This document shows, in pieces, positions 46,009-57,030 of a DNA stretch of 64,000 nt (position 1 is the first letter of the stretch; every line of letters begins with the position of its first letter). The position numbers and the translations under genes were made by a program. Location of the stretch: the IMG/VR virus record IMGVR_UViG_3300032241_000856; one strand, written 5' to 3'. The stretch is from an uncultured virus (IMG/VR IMGVR_UViG_3300032241_000856). Taxonomy: Duplodnaviria; Heunggongvirae; Uroviricota; Caudoviricetes. The notes beneath the pieces are model-generated. The model made no database searches. It was not told the origin of the DNA and saw only the letters and a program-made list of their open reading frames with translations.

Positions 46009-46439
46009 CTGATAAAATTGTCTGTAGTGGTGCATTAATCTATGCTAAAACTACTGGTAGATTCTTGCTACTTCAAAAAGCACGGGGTAAGCACAGTGGC
46101 ACTTGGGGATTAGTAGGTGGCACTAACGTTGAAGGAGAAACTCCTTGGCAAGGTCTACAGCGTGAAATTACAGAAGAGATTGGTGCACATCCTAAGATAA
46201 TCAAAACGATTCCCCTAGAAACTTTTGTATCTAACGACAAAGTTTTTAATTTTCACACGTATCTATGTGTAATAGAAAATGAATTTGTTCCAACCCTCAG
46301 CGATGAACATCAAGGTTGGGCATGGTCAACTATCGACTACACTCCAAAGCCATTGCATCAAGGACTCCGCAATAGTTTTTCAAATCGTATTGTTAAAACT
46401 AAAATTAAAACAATATTTGATTTACTAGATCTTATCTAG
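45990..46439 (+). CDS. NUDIX hydrolase
   Basis: Nudix box GG-N-EGETPWQGLQREITEEIG. Confidence 0.88.
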   Translation: MENRSLTDKIVCSGALIYAKTTGRFLLLQKARGKHSGTWGLVGGTNVEGETPWQGLQREITEEIGAHPKIIKTIPLETFVSNDKVFNFHTYLCVIENEFVPTLSDEHQGWAWSTIDYTPKPLHQGLRNSFSNRIVKTKIKTIFDLLDLI

Positions 46440-47046
46440 TTGAATAGGTAAAATTAATAATAACACGACGGTTAACATCGTCTGGAGTAGCACTTGCGTG
46501 ATAATGCCCGCCGTCAAAGGTCAGCAATCTATTACGTTTAGGCACGACCTTGTGTATAATAGTTTCACGCCCTAGAAAATTATCTTTAAAATATCCAAAA
46601 CTAGCTTGTGGGAAATCATCCCACTTAGATTGATCTGTGTCGAATGGAAATTTTTCTTTGTAGATAACTGTGGGACTGTTGGTATCATTAAGGTATATGA
46701 TACCAACATTGTGTTGCCACGGCAAATCGATATGAGGGTCGTTAGTATATTGACCAAAGGTCCTAGGTTGGTTAACTACTCTTACTCTAAATATTTCTTT
46801 AATACGTTCGCCAGTTTTATCAATAGCATCATACAGTAAAGGCTCCAAGAACTCACCAAATTGTGTGCATGGACGGCCGTTAGCAATAGGGTAATGTGTT
46901 AAATTAAAAGGATGCACGTTGTTAGTGTTTAATCGACCAAATGGATATGTGATTGCACTCCAATGCCAATCAAATTCAAATCCTAATACTTTGTCGCAGA
47001 GAAGGTCAAACACTGACTCTGATAATATGTTTTCGTATATTTTCAT
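46432..47046 (-). CDS. 2OG-Fe(II) oxygenase-like protein
   Basis: PHID, IIYLN, FDG-HYHAS, RVIINF. Confidence 0.8.
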   Translation of the reverse strand: MKIYENILSESVFDLLCDKVLGFEFDWHWSAITYPFGRLNTNNVHPFNLTHYPIANGRPCTQFGEFLEPLLYDAIDKTGERIKEIFRVRVVNQPRTFGQYTNDPHIDLPWQHNVGIIYLNDTNSPTVIYKEKFPFDTDQSKWDDFPQASFGYFKDNFLGRETIIHKVVPKRNRLLTFDGGHYHASATPDDVNRRVIINFTYSTR

Positions 47047-48536
47047 TTTTTTCCTTTAATATAATCGATCCACATTTTATGATCAACTTCTGAACTAAAA
47101 TATTTTTGTTTTATATCTTTAATTTCTTTTGAAATTTTATTTGCATGATCAAACAAGTGTCTTGATTTTAGCACATTCTTAATTCCGTCTAGATTTTTAT
47201 AATGAGAGTGGGCGTAAGCAATACAGTTGTAGTCAGATGCTTCGAACATAAAACTTCCTGAACCAGCAAAATGATCTTTAGTTATGTAACCGCCACTATT
47301 TATTAACTCTGTTAAGTCATTGATATATTCAGGAACATTACTATTCATGTATTTCCAAAATTCTGAATCTTGTCTACCAGTATGATAAAACCAACGAATG
47401 TATCTAAAACTATCTTCTAGTAATAAATGCATACGATTATTATAACTCTTTTGATTAAACTGTGATTGCTTACCGGAATATAATCTCGTTATCATATCAA
47501 TTTGAATCCATGTATGGTGCAAATTAGTTGCTTCAAGCGGCTCAACAAAACTACTAGCTAGGCCGATGCAAACACAATTACCTATCCATTCATCTTTATA
47601 ATATCCGCTATCGAATTTAAGAACTCGATCGCTAGTAAGTTCAACATTATACTTTTCTAGTAGCCATTTATTAAATTCTTGTTTAGCTTCTTCATCGCTA
47701 GTAAATTGACTCGAGTAAGTATACCCAGTCCCGTGCCTATTAGACAATGGAACATCAAGAATCCATCCATTCTTTGTTGCTTCTGCGGTAGTGTAAGGTG
47801 GTATATAATCAAAGTCTTTGAACAGAGGATTGGGAATTGTTCTATTCGTAGGTAAAAAATTGCTAGTGTCGACCCATTCAGGATTTAAGTTTTTAATCAA
47901 TGCACGTTCAAATCCGCTAGCATCAACAAACAAATCTGCTGTAAATTCTCTACCGTCTTGTAATTTTATAGATGTAATTGATCTATTCTCAACAGCTACA
48001 TTAGTAACAATGCCATCAACTACATTAATTACACTACGATATCTATCTAAAATATATTTGCTTAATACAGTAGCATCAATATGTAAAGCATGTCTATAGG
48101 TGGTATTATCAACTGATGGAATTGAATTATTTTTTATATAGTTTGTGCTATAATTGTAACCGCCGTCATATTGCTGGTTAACATAATCAACTGCATCAAT
48201 AGCACAAAAATCATACAGCACTTGATCTATTTTAGCCCATGCTTCATTATGAGGAAAACTGTGCCAGCCAACACTATCTTCATTGATCCATTTGGTAAAT
48301 TTAAGACCTAGTTTAATAGTTGCATTGCAATGTTTAATTAAATCTTGAGTAGTTACGCCAACTGCTTTTAAATAGTTGTCAAAGATAGGAGTTAAACTTT
48401 CTCCTACACCAATACCAGGCTTCTTATGGTCGTAGATCATTGTGATATCGGCAAGATCGCCCCAGTAGGCTCTAAAATAAGTAGCTGCCATAACTCCAGC
48501 TGTGCCGCCACCGACTACAACAATTTTAAATTTCAT
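47043..48536 (-). CDS. Flavin-dependent (tryptophan) halogenase-like protein 1
   Basis: GGGTAG, GVGESL, ATIKLG, DASGF, GWILDVP, FVEPLEAT. Confidence 0.88.
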   Translation of the reverse strand: MKFKIVVVGGGTAGVMAATYFRAYWGDLADITMIYDHKKPGIGVGESLTPIFDNYLKAVGVTTQDLIKHCNATIKLGLKFTKWINEDSVGWHSFPHNEAWAKIDQVLYDFCAIDAVDYVNQQYDGGYNYSTNYIKNNSIPSVDNTTYRHALHIDATVLSKYILDRYRSVINVVDGIVTNVAVENRSITSIKLQDGREFTADLFVDASGFERALIKNLNPEWVDTSNFLPTNRTIPNPLFKDFDYIPPYTTAEATKNGWILDVPLSNRHGTGYTYSSQFTSDEEAKQEFNKWLLEKYNVELTSDRVLKFDSGYYKDEWIGNCVCIGLASSFVEPLEATNLHHTWIQIDMITRLYSGKQSQFNQKSYNNRMHLLLEDSFRYIRWFYHTGRQDSEFWKYMNSNVPEYINDLTELINSGGYITKDHFAGSGSFMFEASDYNCIAYAHSHYKNLDGIKNVLKSRHLFDHANKISKEIKDIKQKYFSSEVDHKMWIDYIKGKK

Positions 48537-49999
48537 GTATTATTCCTAATAACAGTCAGCATTTCTTTGTGTGTCGAAGTGTCTGGCTGATCTATTCTGT
48601 TGCCATATTCTAAATCTTTTATAACAATATCAGCTTCTTCTTGTATATTTTTTGGTAAAGATTTAAACTCTTTTAGTATACTATCGTTATTAAACCATTG
48701 CAACCCCTGGAGAACTAAAAGAAAATGATGTGCTTTAAATAACAACTGCCTACTACTGCCTTTAAAGTCATCTTCGATTGGTAATTTATCTTTCCAAATT
48801 TTTAAATTACGATCTAGTTCAGGTGGTAACTCTACGCTAGCAACCTTACGCCAGAACTCAGTGTCTCGTCTAGGACAGATAAAATGCAATAGAATAAAGT
48901 CTCGTATATTATGCACGATATCTGTAAACATTTCGTTGTATCTATCTATAACTGATTCATTGTAATTTACTAATCGTTGAGAAAGCATAAAACTCTGTTG
49001 AATGCTAGCACCGATACTACTAGCTTCTAGAGGTTCTACAAAACTACTGCTAAGTCCTATAGCACAACAGTTCTTAATCCAAGATTTATCTAACGCACCT
49101 GGATCAAACTTAATATGTTGTCCTACTGTGATTTTACATCCTAAAAATTCCTCAACTTCTGCTTGAGCTTGTGCCGGAGTTAAAAATTCACTGTCATAAA
49201 TGTAACCATTACCCCAGCGACCGTATGTAGGTGTTTTAAATAGCCAACCATATTTCATTGCCTGTGACAAAGACCACATATTGTAGTTGTCGGTATCTTC
49301 GGTTTGAAATACTAGCGCACTATTTGTTTTAAGATAGTCGCTGTGGCTTACCCATGTTGCACCTAATTTACTAATTAGAAACTTTTTAAACCCAGTGCAG
49401 TCTACATAAAAATCATAAACGTAGGTAAATTCAGAACTGGTAATAGTGTCAATATTGCCATTGTCTGCTAAATTTACACTGGTAATTTCATCATTATGAA
49501 TTGTTATACCTTTTTCTATTGCAATCTTAGTTAAAAATTCATTAAGTTTAAAAGTGTTGAAATGATATTGTGCAACAGGAGTTTGATTGTTATTTAAGAA
49601 CCAATTCTGTATTTTATTTTCCCAGAAAATCTTTCCACTCATACTTTTAGAATCAAGGCCTTGACTAATTACTCTACTGTAGACAAATGGATACTGATTA
49701 GCAATTAAGCTGTAACCATCTTGTATACTATGCATATAGTCCGGAACTCCCCAATCTTTAAACACAATACCTATTTTAAAAGTTGCATCACATTCTTTAA
49801 TTAATTCTGCGGTATTAATTCCAACATAGGCAGCAAAAGTTTCCCAATGTTCAGTTGAACCTTCGCCGACACCAATAATACCAATCCGTTTAGAACAAAT
49901 AATATCTATTTGCTTCTCAGGAAATGCTGTTTTTAAAATAAGAGCAGAAACCAAACCAGCTGTGCCGCTACCAACTACTGCAATTGTATCAGTTTTCAT
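48533..49999 (-). CDS. Flavin-dependent (tryptophan) halogenase-like protein 2
   Basis: GSGTAG, GVGEGS, ATFKIG, DCTGF, GWLFKTP, FVEPLEAS; start at ATG 49999 overlapping the upstream stop. Confidence 0.88.
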   Translation of the reverse strand: MKTDTIAVVGSGTAGLVSALILKTAFPEKQIDIICSKRIGIIGVGEGSTEHWETFAAYVGINTAELIKECDATFKIGIVFKDWGVPDYMHSIQDGYSLIANQYPFVYSRVISQGLDSKSMSGKIFWENKIQNWFLNNNQTPVAQYHFNTFKLNEFLTKIAIEKGITIHNDEITSVNLADNGNIDTITSSEFTYVYDFYVDCTGFKKFLISKLGATWVSHSDYLKTNSALVFQTEDTDNYNMWSLSQAMKYGWLFKTPTYGRWGNGYIYDSEFLTPAQAQAEVEEFLGCKITVGQHIKFDPGALDKSWIKNCCAIGLSSSFVEPLEASSIGASIQQSFMLSQRLVNYNESVIDRYNEMFTDIVHNIRDFILLHFICPRRDTEFWRKVASVELPPELDRNLKIWKDKLPIEDDFKGSSRQLLFKAHHFLLVLQGLQWFNNDSILKEFKSLPKNIQEEADIVIKDLEYGNRIDQPDTSTHKEMLTVIRNNT

Positions 50000-50754
50000 T
50001 TGAAAGGACATTTTCCTATATTCTTTTCAAGCAACTCTTTTTTTAAAGATGGTTTAAGAAATGTTTTAGCTCCTGTCGATACTTGTGTTTTCTTTACCCA
50101 TTCTACTTCGTCAATTACATGAGTTTTAATTTCAATTTTTTTATCAGTTAACGGAATCATATGTAACAAAGGCATGCCAACATTCCAAATAAATTCTTGG
50201 TTAGTAGGAGGAATTTCCACAAATGTATGCAAATGTAAACAATGCTGACTATTAAAATCAATTACTCCACCTGCTGACACAATCTTATTAATCATTATAG
50301 GATCGTTATTAGTTGTCCACATAGGTTTTTGTAGTAAAAATTTTACTCCAGTCTTTTCTTCTATGTGCCAAGGGAATATCATTTTCATATGCATATATCC
50401 GTTGAACCCATCCCATTGTCCGGGCCAATGTGTTTCTAGACTAAAAGGGCTGTCTGCACTAGTATAAGAATACCTTCCATCAGCAGTAATTATAATACTA
50501 GCATCTACCCATAATGGTGCAATAAATCCAGTTTTAAAATAATCAATTACTCCTGGACAACCTTTCATTGTTCCTTCGGGGATATGATGTATTTGCCCTC
50601 CTGGAATATGTTTTTCATGTATCCGTTGAGTAGGTAAATCACGAATCCATTGCGGATAAAATTTTATCGCAGGTAGTATTGGAGCAGTTTGTGCAATTAC
50701 TGGATCGTAAGTAAAACAATCAAGTATTAGTTGTGAACGTTTTAAAAAAAACAT
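49996..50754 (-). CDS. Hypothetical protein, paralog of 59943..60701
   Basis: LDCFT, TMKGCPG, PLW, G-PL-H-IPL, KCPF. Confidence 0.75.
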   Translation of the reverse strand: MFFLKRSQLILDCFTYDPVIAQTAPILPAIKFYPQWIRDLPTQRIHEKHIPGGQIHHIPEGTMKGCPGVIDYFKTGFIAPLWVDASIIITADGRYSYTSADSPFSLETHWPGQWDGFNGYMHMKMIFPWHIEEKTGVKFLLQKPMWTTNNDPIMINKIVSAGGVIDFNSQHCLHLHTFVEIPPTNQEFIWNVGMPLLHMIPLTDKKIEIKTHVIDEVEWVKKTQVSTGAKTFLKPSLKKELLEKNIGKCPFK

Positions 50755-50755
50755 A

Positions 50756-51400
50756 TTAGTCAATTATGAACCTAAGATTACCTGAGATAGAAATTCTATA
50801 TTCGTCAGATGTATAAAATGGATTAACACTGTGCGCTAGTGTTGATGGAAACATTGCTAGTCTTCCTTCCCAACTGCTATCTACTGGTAATACTTGACTG
50901 CAATATTGACCAAGAATGTTAACATAATGAAATGTAAACTTAGAAGTGCGAGGTCCGCCACTATTAACTGTCGGAAATATTGCATCTTCGTCTGCCAAGT
51001 TATACGGGATTTTCATCCAAATAACAAAACTTAAAACTCCAGTATGCAGATGAGGTGGATTAAATTCGTATTTCTTTTGAAAATTAACCCACAATTCAGT
51101 TAATTTTAATTTGTATTTTCCGACATGACTACCAAATGTTTGATAATATTGATATCTTTCTTCGTATATCTCACCCATGTGTAACATAAATGGTTCTAAG
51201 AAATCTATCATATCGTCCATTTTGTATTCTTTTTCCATGTGCCCTAATAAATTTTTATTATTAGGGATTGATTTAGTAAAATTTTCATATTGAATTTTAT
51301 CAATATATTCTTGAAGAGGAGTAAAAATAGACTGTGGAATGTTGCAAGTTAGCACACCAAAATTAGGTGGGTTAGTAAAATCTACGATTGTTTCTTCCAT
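50756..51400 (-). CDS. Putative 2OG-Fe(II) oxygenase
   Basis: WVNFQ, NPPHLH, FPS-LAHSVNPF, RISISGN. Confidence 0.85.
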   Translation of the reverse strand: MEETIVDFTNPPNFGVLTCNIPQSIFTPLQEYIDKIQYENFTKSIPNNKNLLGHMEKEYKMDDMIDFLEPFMLHMGEIYEERYQYYQTFGSHVGKYKLKLTELWVNFQKKYEFNPPHLHTGVLSFVIWMKIPYNLADEDAIFPTVNSGGPRTSKFTFHYVNILGQYCSQVLPVDSSWEGRLAMFPSTLAHSVNPFYTSDEYRISISGNLRFIID

Positions 51401-51462
51401 GTTTACATTTCTCGAGTAGTTAACTATATATCTGCTGACTTGCTATCAAGAAATAATCCTGG

Positions 51463-51492
51463 TTGACAAAACGATGATAATTAAGTTATACT
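51463..51492 (+). promoter_or_regulatory. Sigma70-type promoter of the rightward enzyme operon
   Basis: TTGACA(51463-68)-18-TATACT(51487-92). Confidence 0.55.
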
Positions 51493-51511
51493 AGTTAACT
51501 GAGAGAATGTT

Positions 51512-53101
51512 ATGCCAAAAAAAATAGACAAGATCGTCATTGTAGGCGGCGGATCCGCTGGATGGATGAGCGCCGCGCACCTTATTAAATTTTTTCCGAA
51601 TAAAGAAATTGTAGTAGTCGAAAGTCCCGATATTCCAATCGTAGGTGTAGGCGAAAGCACTCTTGGACAAATTAGAAATTGGACGCATGCTCTAGGCATA
51701 GACGAAAAAGATTTTATGAAGTATACAAATGCTTCATATAAAATGAGTATAAAATTTACAGATTTTTATAAAAAAGACGCTGGATCGTTTCATTATCCAT
51801 TTGGCGTTCCTGTGTTTATAGACGCTCCTGAAGAGTTATTAGAATGGCAAGCTAAAAAAATACTGTATCCAGACACTCCGGTTGCAGATTATGCTAGGAC
51901 ATATTATCCCATAATGCCATTGGTGGAAAATAACAAATACACTACTAATGAAGACGGGGAATTAGACGGATTTAGATCTGATCTAAGCGTTGCTTACCAT
52001 TTTGATTCTGCGTTGTTTGGACAATGGTTAAAGAATAATTTCTGTATACCTAGGGGTGTAAAGAATATAAGGCAAACAGTTATTAATATACCTACAAACG
52101 ACAACGGTATTCAACATCTAGCACTAGATAATGGTGACATTGTTACTGCTGACTTGTTTATCGATTGCACTGGTTGGAAAAGTTTGTTGTTAGATAAAAC
52201 TTTAAATGAGCCATTTATTTCTTGGGAAGATACATTGCCAAATAATAAAGCGTGGGCAACTCAAGTTGATTATAAAGAAAAAGAAAAAGAATTAGAAGGT
52301 TATACCAATTGCACAGCAATAGACAACGGGTGGATTTGGAATATCCCGCTTTGGAGTCGTCTAGGAACTGGCTATGTATATAGTGATAAATTTATTAGTG
52401 ATGAAGATGCCCTAACTGAATTTAAACAGTATCTTATGAGTGATAAGATGACTGTTCCTAGAACGCAGGAAGAAGTTGATTCTTACAATTATAGAAATAT
52501 AACTATGCGTGTAGGAATACATGAAAGAACTTGGGTTAAGAATGTTGTTGCTATCGGACTTAGTGCCGGATTCATCGAGCCGTTAGAAAGTAATGGATTG
52601 TTCACAGTCCATGAATTTTTAACATCATTAGTTAACACACTTGAACGTGAATATATCACTCAATGGGACAAAGATGTATACAATAGCGCATGTAAAGCTA
52701 TGTATACTAATTTTGCAGAATTTGTATCATTACATTACGCATTAAGTGTAAGAGACGATACTCCATATTGGGTAGAAGCTACTAGTAAAACTTACAGTAA
52801 CGATTTAGTTCATCGGACACCTACCACGCATGTAGGGTTTCACGATTTAGCTGAAAGAAAAATGTTTAAATTTGCACACGAAGGCGGCGGCGGTATACAT
52901 TGTATCTCTACCGGAATGAATTATTTTATGCTTCATCGTCATCAATTAATTTTTGCAGAAAATCATAGAGGAATAGATGCAAAATTGCATTGTGATGAAT
53001 TTGTATTTAGAAGAAAATTCTTGCAACAAAAGTGGCAAGCAGTTGCAGACCGAGCACCTACGCTGTATCAATATTTAAAAGACAAGGTTCATAATGAGTG
53101 A
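51512..53101 (+). CDS. Flavin-dependent (tryptophan) halogenase-like protein 3
   Basis: GGGSAG, GVGEST, ASYKMS, DCTG, canonical GWIWNIP, FIEPLESNG. Confidence 0.9.
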   Translation: MPKKIDKIVIVGGGSAGWMSAAHLIKFFPNKEIVVVESPDIPIVGVGESTLGQIRNWTHALGIDEKDFMKYTNASYKMSIKFTDFYKKDAGSFHYPFGVPVFIDAPEELLEWQAKKILYPDTPVADYARTYYPIMPLVENNKYTTNEDGELDGFRSDLSVAYHFDSALFGQWLKNNFCIPRGVKNIRQTVINIPTNDNGIQHLALDNGDIVTADLFIDCTGWKSLLLDKTLNEPFISWEDTLPNNKAWATQVDYKEKEKELEGYTNCTAIDNGWIWNIPLWSRLGTGYVYSDKFISDEDALTEFKQYLMSDKMTVPRTQEEVDSYNYRNITMRVGIHERTWVKNVVAIGLSAGFIEPLESNGLFTVHEFLTSLVNTLEREYITQWDKDVYNSACKAMYTNFAEFVSLHYALSVRDDTPYWVEATSKTYSNDLVHRTPTTHVGFHDLAERKMFKFAHEGGGGIHCISTGMNYFMLHRHQLIFAENHRGIDAKLHCDEFVFRRKFLQQKWQAVADRAPTLYQYLKDKVHNE

Positions 53102-53687
53102 AATTTATCCATTGTTTTCAACTCCAGTGTTTAAAACCCATTACAACGGGCCGCCGTTAAACGACCTTATTAAATTTTGTAAAAGTTCTGAAACTAGAGT
53201 TAATAAAGGTAATAACTATACTAGTTTAGACAACTATATTTTAAATAATCCGTTATTTGCAGATTTAAAAAAGTTTATTGATAACTCAATTGAAGAATAT
53301 AAAACTGCAATGGAGTGGGAAAATAATTTTTATATCACGCAATCATGGTTTAATGTTAATCCGACAGGCACAGGCCACCATGAACACTATCATTTAAACA
53401 GCATAGTAAGTGGAACTTTTTATCTAAGTGCTGGAAGTAATGATTTTATAACATTTCATAGTGGCCAAAGACCATCAATTGGGCTAACAACAAATTCATT
53501 TAACATGATGAATGCTCCATCATGGGATTTAGAAGTAGCTACAAGTGATCTTGTATTATTTCCATCAAACACATTACACAGCGTAAAACCAAATAAAGAA
53601 TCATACGAAAGAATTAGTTTAGCATTTAATACTTTTGTCAGTGGCACACTAGGTTTGAACGAAAATTTAACTCACTTAAAATTATAA
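53094..53687 (+). CDS. Putative 2OG-Fe(II) oxygenase (TIGR02466-like)
   Basis: HYH-NSIVSG-FY, FPS-LHSV, RISLAFN. Confidence 0.85.
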   Translation: MSEIYPLFSTPVFKTHYNGPPLNDLIKFCKSSETRVNKGNNYTSLDNYILNNPLFADLKKFIDNSIEEYKTAMEWENNFYITQSWFNVNPTGTGHHEHYHLNSIVSGTFYLSAGSNDFITFHSGQRPSIGLTTNSFNMMNAPSWDLEVATSDLVLFPSNTLHSVKPNKESYERISLAFNTFVSGTLGLNENLTHLKL

Positions 53688-53695
53688 AGAAAAAT

Positions 53696-54628
53696 ATGAA
53701 AAGAAATACAGCGTTTTTAATTAATGGCGGTGCTGGTAGAGTGTTATGCTCAATACCTGCATTAGAACTATATGAAAAAGAACATCCAGAAGATGATTTT
53801 ATAATTGTAGTTGAGTATTTTATTGAGTTGTTTAAGGGACATCCAACTTTATATAAGCGATGTTACGATCATCATCACAGACATTTGTATGAAGATAAAC
53901 TTAAAAATATGAATGTATATTTCCCAGAGTGTTATCATGTATGGGAATATTTTAATCAGCAAGCATCTATTACTCAAGCGTTTGACTTATTGCTTAATAA
54001 AAAAGGATTAAGACCGGTGCCTGTTCCAACCTTATCTTTGAGCAATGAAGAAACACAGGGCGGAATTGAAACAGTTAAAACAATTAAAAAAGATTTTCAA
54101 AATAAAAAAGCAATAGTATTTCAGCCTTTTGGTAGAGGATCAAGCATGACGCCTGGATCTATTAACAATGACCCGCAGGGACGTTCTTTTTCAATGGCAG
54201 ATGCTGTGCAAATCATTAGGCGTTTACAAAGAAAATATACTGTTATTGTAATGTCTGAAAGTCAAATTGATTTTAAATTGTTTGGCATTAAAGAAGTAGT
54301 TCCTCAACTAACAAACATGTCATTACGTCGATGGATGGGAGTAATTAATGCGGCTGATTACTTTCTAGGATGCGATAGTGTAGGACAACATTTTGCAGTA
54401 TCGTTAGGAAAAAAAGCCACAGTAGTGTTAGGCGGAACATTTAAAGAAAATGTAACATATCCAGATTATAAAAATCTTAACATTATTGATTTAGGCGAAG
54501 GCAAACGTATGTATGCACCTATACGTATGTGCTCGAGCGAAATTGCTGACACAAATAATGAAAAATTAATGACGTTAACTGAAGCAAATTTAAACAAAAT
54601 AATTGCATCAATTGATCAATCAATATGA
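53696..54628 (+). CDS. GT9 (ADP-heptose:LPS heptosyltransferase)-like glycosyltransferase
   Basis: GGAG-VLCSIPAL, VFQPFG, ADYFLGCDS-QH-A-LGKK-VVLG. Confidence 0.75.
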   Translation: MKRNTAFLINGGAGRVLCSIPALELYEKEHPEDDFIIVVEYFIELFKGHPTLYKRCYDHHHRHLYEDKLKNMNVYFPECYHVWEYFNQQASITQAFDLLLNKKGLRPVPVPTLSLSNEETQGGIETVKTIKKDFQNKKAIVFQPFGRGSSMTPGSINNDPQGRSFSMADAVQIIRRLQRKYTVIVMSESQIDFKLFGIKEVVPQLTNMSLRRWMGVINAADYFLGCDSVGQHFAVSLGKKATVVLGGTFKENVTYPDYKNLNIIDLGEGKRMYAPIRMCSSEIADTNNEKLMTLTEANLNKIIASIDQSI

Positions 54629-55236
54629 GACCTTCAGAGCTTTACCCGTTATTTCCATCTGTAGTTTATAAAAATAAACTAGAAAGATCGCTTACTTCTG
54701 AAGAATTAGAATTTATATACTCTTCAGAAGTTTTTGGACAAAGTTTAGGAAATGAAATTTCTACTAATAATTGGATTTTAGAAGATCCTAAACTAGCTCA
54801 GCTAAGGGCCGATTTAATGGAGCATGTAAACATTTATCTAAATGAAATAATGATGGTAGATGCTGAATTGTATGTAACAAATTCTTGGATAAATGTAACT
54901 GGCAATCAAAATCAACATGCACTACACAACCATAATAACAGTATAGTTTCAGGTGTGTTTTATGTAAATGTCAATGACAGTCAACCTAATATTACATTTA
55001 ACAGAATGGTTCCACCGTTCTTCTTGCATATGAGAGCTAAAAAGTATACAATGTTTAACTCTATGGAATGGACTGTGCCAGTTGAAGATAATGGTATTAT
55101 AATTTTTCCGTCTCAGTGCTATCACTTTGTTAAACCAAATTTAACTAAAAATCAAAGGATAAGTATTGCTTTTAATACTTTTGTTAGAGGCAACGTTGGC
55201 GGAGATGCAGAAGGTGCTGATTTAAAATTAAGGTAA
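54625..55236 (+). CDS. Putative 2OG-Fe(II) oxygenase (TIGR02466-like)
   Basis: HNH-NSIVSGVFY, FPS-YHFV, RISIAFN. Confidence 0.85.
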   Translation: MRPSELYPLFPSVVYKNKLERSLTSEELEFIYSSEVFGQSLGNEISTNNWILEDPKLAQLRADLMEHVNIYLNEIMMVDAELYVTNSWINVTGNQNQHALHNHNNSIVSGVFYVNVNDSQPNITFNRMVPPFFLHMRAKKYTMFNSMEWTVPVEDNGIIIFPSQCYHFVKPNLTKNQRISIAFNTFVRGNVGGDAEGADLKLR

Positions 55237-55242
55237 ATTAAA

Positions 55243-57030
55243 ATGACATCATGGATAGCGGGAATTACCCGAGGACATAACTCAAGCGTGTGCTTGTTAA
55301 AAGATGGAGAAGTTGTATTTTCTCTCGAAGAAGAACGTCTTAGTAGACACAAATACGATGGCGGACCATTTGCCTGCATGATCAAAATTTTAGATTATAC
55401 TGACAAATTAGATTATCTAGTCATTGCTCATACCCAAAGTTTAAAAGATACTGCCGGGCGTGTTGATTTTACAGGTGATGATGTATATACTGGTATTGCT
55501 AGGAAATTAGGTTTAATTGATCAAAAATTAGATATTCATAATCATCCACAGGTTATTGATTTGTCTTATAAACATCATACGTTGCATGCCGCTTGCGCTT
55601 TTTATCGATCAGGCTGGGATGATGCAGTAGCATTAGTAGTAGACGGTGCAGGCACATTTGTTCCTATGACTATTGAAGGAATAGAAGCAATGACATGGGA
55701 AACTGAATCTATTCTAGACTGCTCATATCCTGCAAATTTTAAAACGTTATATAAACATTATGGTGCTAGAGAAGTTATTAGCACAATGTTTACAGAAGCG
55801 CCGTCAGACTTTATAGGAGAACCAGGTAGCACTCACTTAGCCATTTTTACAGATCGTGCTGGCATCACTAAAACCTATGAAGCAGTAACACAATATTGTG
55901 GCTGGCAACCTATTGAAGCTGGAAAAACTATGGGGTTATTTCCTTATGGTAAAGAAAATCCCTCTATACCTAAGTTGTTTGATACTGACAGTATGGAACC
56001 GCTTTCGAATAGAAACTTAATACTGCCTACATATCCTAACGGTGCTAAGGTCAATTATGGTGCTTATGCAAGTTTACGAGATTTACCCGAAGAAGGATCT
56101 GACCCAACATTAATGCAAAATCGCAGAGATCTTGCCTATGCAGTTCAAACGCAAACACAAGAACAAGTATTAACATTAATTTATAAAGCAGTAAATTTAA
56201 CAGGAAAAAAACGTGTTGTTATATCTGGTGGGTATGGTTTAAATTGCGTAGCAAATTATTATTATCTAGATAAATTAAGAAATGATGGTATCGAGATTTA
56301 TGTTGAACCAATAAGCAACGATTCTGGAACTGCTATCGGTGCGGCATTATTAGTATGGTATGAGCAATCTCAAAGTATAGCCGCTGGAACACACAACACA
56401 TTGTATCTTGGTCCAAAACACACTTACTCACTTGATGATGTAAATGCTGTTACATTAAAAGCTGGAGTTGAAATATCAGATGCTACATACAATGATATTG
56501 TTAATTTGTTAATTAATAAAAATATTGTAACCTTATATCAAGGATCAAGCGAAAATGGCCCTAGAGCATTAGGAAATAGAAGTGTATTGTTTGATCCTCG
56601 ATTTGTAGATGGCAAAGACTTTGTAAATGGTGTTAAACATCGTGAATATTTTAGACCATTTGCAGGAAGTATTTTACAAGAACATGTCCATGAATGGTTT
56701 GATTTACGTGGAATGAATGACAGTCCATTTATGATGTATGCTGTTAATTGCCAACCCGGTATTGCTGAAAAAATACCTAGCATTATTCACGTAGATGGCA
56801 CTTGCCGAATACAAACAGTTACAGAAGAACAAAATTTTCACTATTATAACTTAATTAAAGAATTTTATAATCAAACAGGATGTCCTATTATTTTTAATAC
56901 TAGTTTTAATCTTGGAGGCGAACCTTTAGTTGAAACATTAGAAGATGCAATATGGACATTACAAAATTCAGATATTGAATATTTGTATTTGCCCGAGTTT
57001 AATAAGTTAATAACTGTGAGGAACGTATGA
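55243..57030 (+). CDS. Carbamoyltransferase (NodU/CmcH/TobZ family), full length
   Basis: EEERLSRHK, HHTLHA, VDGAG, GKTMGL, GGYGLNC, GPRALGNRS, KHREYFRPFA, HVDGTCR, NTSFN. Confidence 0.92.
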   Translation: MTSWIAGITRGHNSSVCLLKDGEVVFSLEEERLSRHKYDGGPFACMIKILDYTDKLDYLVIAHTQSLKDTAGRVDFTGDDVYTGIARKLGLIDQKLDIHNHPQVIDLSYKHHTLHAACAFYRSGWDDAVALVVDGAGTFVPMTIEGIEAMTWETESILDCSYPANFKTLYKHYGAREVISTMFTEAPSDFIGEPGSTHLAIFTDRAGITKTYEAVTQYCGWQPIEAGKTMGLFPYGKENPSIPKLFDTDSMEPLSNRNLILPTYPNGAKVNYGAYASLRDLPEEGSDPTLMQNRRDLAYAVQTQTQEQVLTLIYKAVNLTGKKRVVISGGYGLNCVANYYYLDKLRNDGIEIYVEPISNDSGTAIGAALLVWYEQSQSIAAGTHNTLYLGPKHTYSLDDVNAVTLKAGVEISDATYNDIVNLLINKNIVTLYQGSSENGPRALGNRSVLFDPRFVDGKDFVNGVKHREYFRPFAGSILQEHVHEWFDLRGMNDSPFMMYAVNCQPGIAEKIPSIIHVDGTCRIQTVTEEQNFHYYNLIKEFYNQTGCPIIFNTSFNLGGEPLVETLEDAIWTLQNSDIEYLYLPEFNKLITVRNV